From positions 43,338,001-43,402,000 of the forward strand of contig OX597828.1 in the NCBI GenBank assembly GCA_951406725.2: a stretch of 64,000 nucleotides of DNA, written 5' to 3'. Under the pieces are notes generated by a model. It was not told where the DNA came from and searched no databases. It saw only the letters and a list, made by a program, of their open reading frames with translations. Source of the DNA: Octopus vulgaris (Eukaryota). Both the position numbers and the translations under genes were made by a program. Numbering within the stretch: the stretch's first letter is position 1; the number at the start of each line of letters is the position of its first letter. Shown here piece after piece: positions 60,525-64,000 of this stretch.

Positions 60525-60938
60525 CTGTTGTTGTATTTGCCGTGGTTGTCGTTTAACTCAGTTCTAAGGTGAGCTCCGTCTGGTCCAGAAGACCTAAAGA
60601 GCAAACGAGTAAAAAATGCATATGATGTGATGTCTGTACTATATTGCTAAAATTGTTGGGTCTGGATGTGCCTATGGGTAAGCGTGTGTCTCTCTCTAGT
60701 GTAGTCTGTGGGGGTTCTGTATATATGTTTCTCTCTCTCTCTGACACACACATGCACTCTTTCTCTCTCCCCCTCTCTCTATCTCTCTCTCTCTGAGCGT
60801 GCGTGTGAGTGCTTGCTGATAGATATAACCAAAATGCAAGGAACAGAAAATCAGAAAATTCCTGAAAATAAACCAAATAAAATAAAATAAAATAAAACAA
60901 AACTTCCAAAAGATATCATAATAGTATATTGTATTCTA

Positions 60939-61247
<309 letters not shown>

Positions 61248-61278
61248 ATATCTATCTGTCTGTCAATCTATCTACCAG

Positions 61279-61312
<34 letters not shown>

Positions 61313-62260
61313 TATATACATATATCAGTTTGACTGTCTATCTATACGTGTATACACACACATATGTGTATATATATGTGTGTGTGTGTATGTGTGTGTG
61401 TGTGTGTGTGTGAGTGCGTATATACACAGAGACAGAGAGCGAAAGAGCGAGATGTATATATATATATGCTTGTCCGACGTATGTATGTACAAGCGTTATG
61501 TTGTTTCAATAGTTTATTCCTTCCGCCTTCGTGTTCGAGAATGCTATGCACCTACTCTCTCCTTTACAAATCTGTTTGGTTCCAAACGAAGGTTACATAA
61601 TTCTTAAAAATGTCAACGATTTGGGTAATTCAGTAGACATAGTGCAGTCGAATGGTTACCTGTGCTTTGCAACCAACGCGCTACGAGATCGAACGCACTG
61701 GATTCCATCTTCAGCAAATATCAGTTTCTATATTTTCACCTGGATTTATACGTTGTGAAGAATAGTGGGTAGACGGAAACTGCATAGAACCCTAACAGAA
61801 GGAACTGTACTTGCAATTTCAAAGGTTTATATAATCCTCACGCACTTCTCTTTGGTTTTTTACTGAGAAATTAAGCTAAGGTTATATACAAGAGCTTCTG
61901 GGAAACTCATCCATCTGCAGAAAATTCAGGAGCAGATAATTCAGTTGATAAAACAAAGACGATCATCAGAGATCCACCAGCTCATTTCATCAAGCGCAGG
62001 CAGAACTGCTCCTCGTCGAAAGGAGAAGAGGATTTGTCCATACGCATAGCTGACAAAGCTACGCACTTCTACATAATTATGGATGCATTATACATGAAAA
62101 AACATTAAGAAGATTGAAAGCCATGCCATGTGTGTCTGCGGGCTAAAGGCAATTATGAGATCGAGTTTCACTAATTTGTGTAATAACGACAATAAATAAA
62201 CACAACGTACCATCACAATATAAGCATTCTTTATATCAGCCACCTAGACACAGTCAGGTA

Positions 62261-62330
<70 letters not shown>

Positions 62331-62421
62331 ATATGTATATATATATATGTATGTATATATATATACACATATACACACAAACACATACACACACACACAT
62401 ATATATGTATATATATGTATG

Positions 62422-62457
<36 letters not shown>

Positions 62458-62462
62458 GGTGT

Positions 62463-62493
<31 letters not shown>

Positions 62494-62639
62494 CATATAT
62501 ATGTGAGTGTGTTGTGCGTGTGTCCCTGTGCGTGCGTGTATGTGTGTATGGTGTGTGCATGTATATACACACATTGTAGAAATAAACGAACATGAAAATG
62601 CAAAGAGCATATAGGAAGCCTTATTTTACATTTTTTAGG

Positions 62640-62720
62640 TTATGTGCTTAGAAATTTGCTTGTCAACAACATGGATCCAGTTTCAGTCCCACTGCGTGGA
62701 ACCTTCGACAAATGTCTCCT

Positions 62721-62767
<47 letters not shown>

Positions 62768-62995
62768 GCAGATATATACACATCTATATCTGTATATGTA
62801 TGTGTTTGTTTGCGTCTGTATTTGTTTCCCCACCACCGGTTGACAGACGATGTTGGTGTGTTTTCGTCCCAGTAACTTATCTGGTTGGCAAAAAAGACTG
62901 TTAGTGTAAGTACACCGCTTAGACTATAAGTCTTAGTGTTGATTTATTCGATTAAAACCACCTTCCGAGATGGTGCCCCAGCATGGCTGTAATCA
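62640..62995 (+). mobile_element. Diverged SINE family A
   Basis: TTCAGTCCCACTGCGTGG and GGTGCCCCAGCATGGC landmarks. Confidence 0.7.
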
Positions 62996-63263
62996 ACTAT
63001 AATCTTATTTAACCCAGTTATGGTGACATTTTTGTGTTAAATATATTATTTTAGTAAATGATTAAGTACTTTTAACGAAAATTTGGTGAGTATGATTGAA
63101 AAATAATGTTACTATCAAACTGTCTGGAGTGAAAATTTGTTATAATAGCTGCAGTTAGAAATTGTTGGAAATTGCAAGGGAATAAAAATAATTATTTAGT
63201 TCGTAAATTTTCGCATCATCCGTTTAAATATGTTGTGTTTACAAAAGAAATACAAATAAACAG

Positions 63264-63336
<73 letters not shown>

Positions 63337-63609
63337 AGTTGTTGGATATATAGGCGTGTGTGTGCGTCTCTGCACGTACGCGAGTATGTTAAATGAAACA
63401 AACTAACGACCCCCAACCTGACACACACACGAGGTAAGGTGAAGAGGGCTTAATGAAAATCAATGGAAATAAAATGAAATTAACTGACATTTGCGTTATA
63501 ATAAACTTAAAAGAAAGGTATGAACCAATTTCACGAACGAAGATTTTTATATAACCAAGAATAGCATCGATTGTGAACGGTGTATCGTATATTACTTATG
63601 TATTTTATA

Positions 63610-64000
63610 ACATATTCATTCATGGTTCATATCTTTTCATAAACGAATTTTCTTCATCCATTCAGGTTTCGTCTGCGGTATTAACTGCACATTGATAAAG
63701 TGGGAAGACTGAGAATTTGGCAGATTTCGTTGCTGCGCATATGTCCAAATGTCTACTGAGTGGAATTTGTCTAGTACCGGGATCTCATATTTGTTGTCGA
63801 TGAATTGTTAATCTCTGTCTTAATATGAGTGAGTTTGGTTTGTCCAGTGTAATTTTGTCCATCGCTGCATCCATTACATTTGAATGGATATATTAAAATT
63901 TTTGAAGAGCAAGTAAGAGGTTTTTCGTAGTATTCAAAGTTACATGATGTGTCTCGAATAATATTGGTACACATTTCACATTTAGATTGGCCACATTTTT
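63610..64000 (-). mobile_element. Decayed Penelope-like element GIY-YIG endonuclease fragment (runs off window)
   Basis: LTCSSKILIYPFKCNGC..QNYTGQT, then RQIPLSRHLDIC...FSVFPLYQ...EENSFMKRYEP. Confidence 0.8.

Noticed and set aside
61800-62150. Less repetitive segment possibly coding
   Set aside because: No open frame or recognisable motif

Overview
AT-rich eukaryotic non-coding DNA, either intergenic or inside a large intron. I found no host protein-coding exon, and almost all listed ORFs are translated microsatellites. The repeat landscape (dense TA/CA/TAA/CTA microsatellites, tRNA-head SINEs with CORE-like and Meta-like domains) suggests a cephalopod, probably Octopus; this is inference. 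Contents: more than 20 copies of a SINE with an internal microsatellite (my label family A) and about 25 copies of a Meta-domain SINE (family B), plus other tRNA-head SINEs. Decayed autonomous elements are also present: RTE with a nested CR1, several R4/Dong-type RLE fragments stacked in (TAA)n, L1/Tx1, a Helitron PIF1 helicase and a Penelope GIY-YIG fragment. There is also a non-autonomous Helitron, two foldback elements and a 34-bp minisatellite. The most notable signal is a set of sequence-diverse minimal type I hammerhead ribozyme cassettes beside (TA)n tracts. Other points of interest are SINE B inserting into itself at a recurrent site and a 560-bp non-coding unit sitting in (TAA)n. Coordinates were read by eye; ends of decayed elements are approximate.
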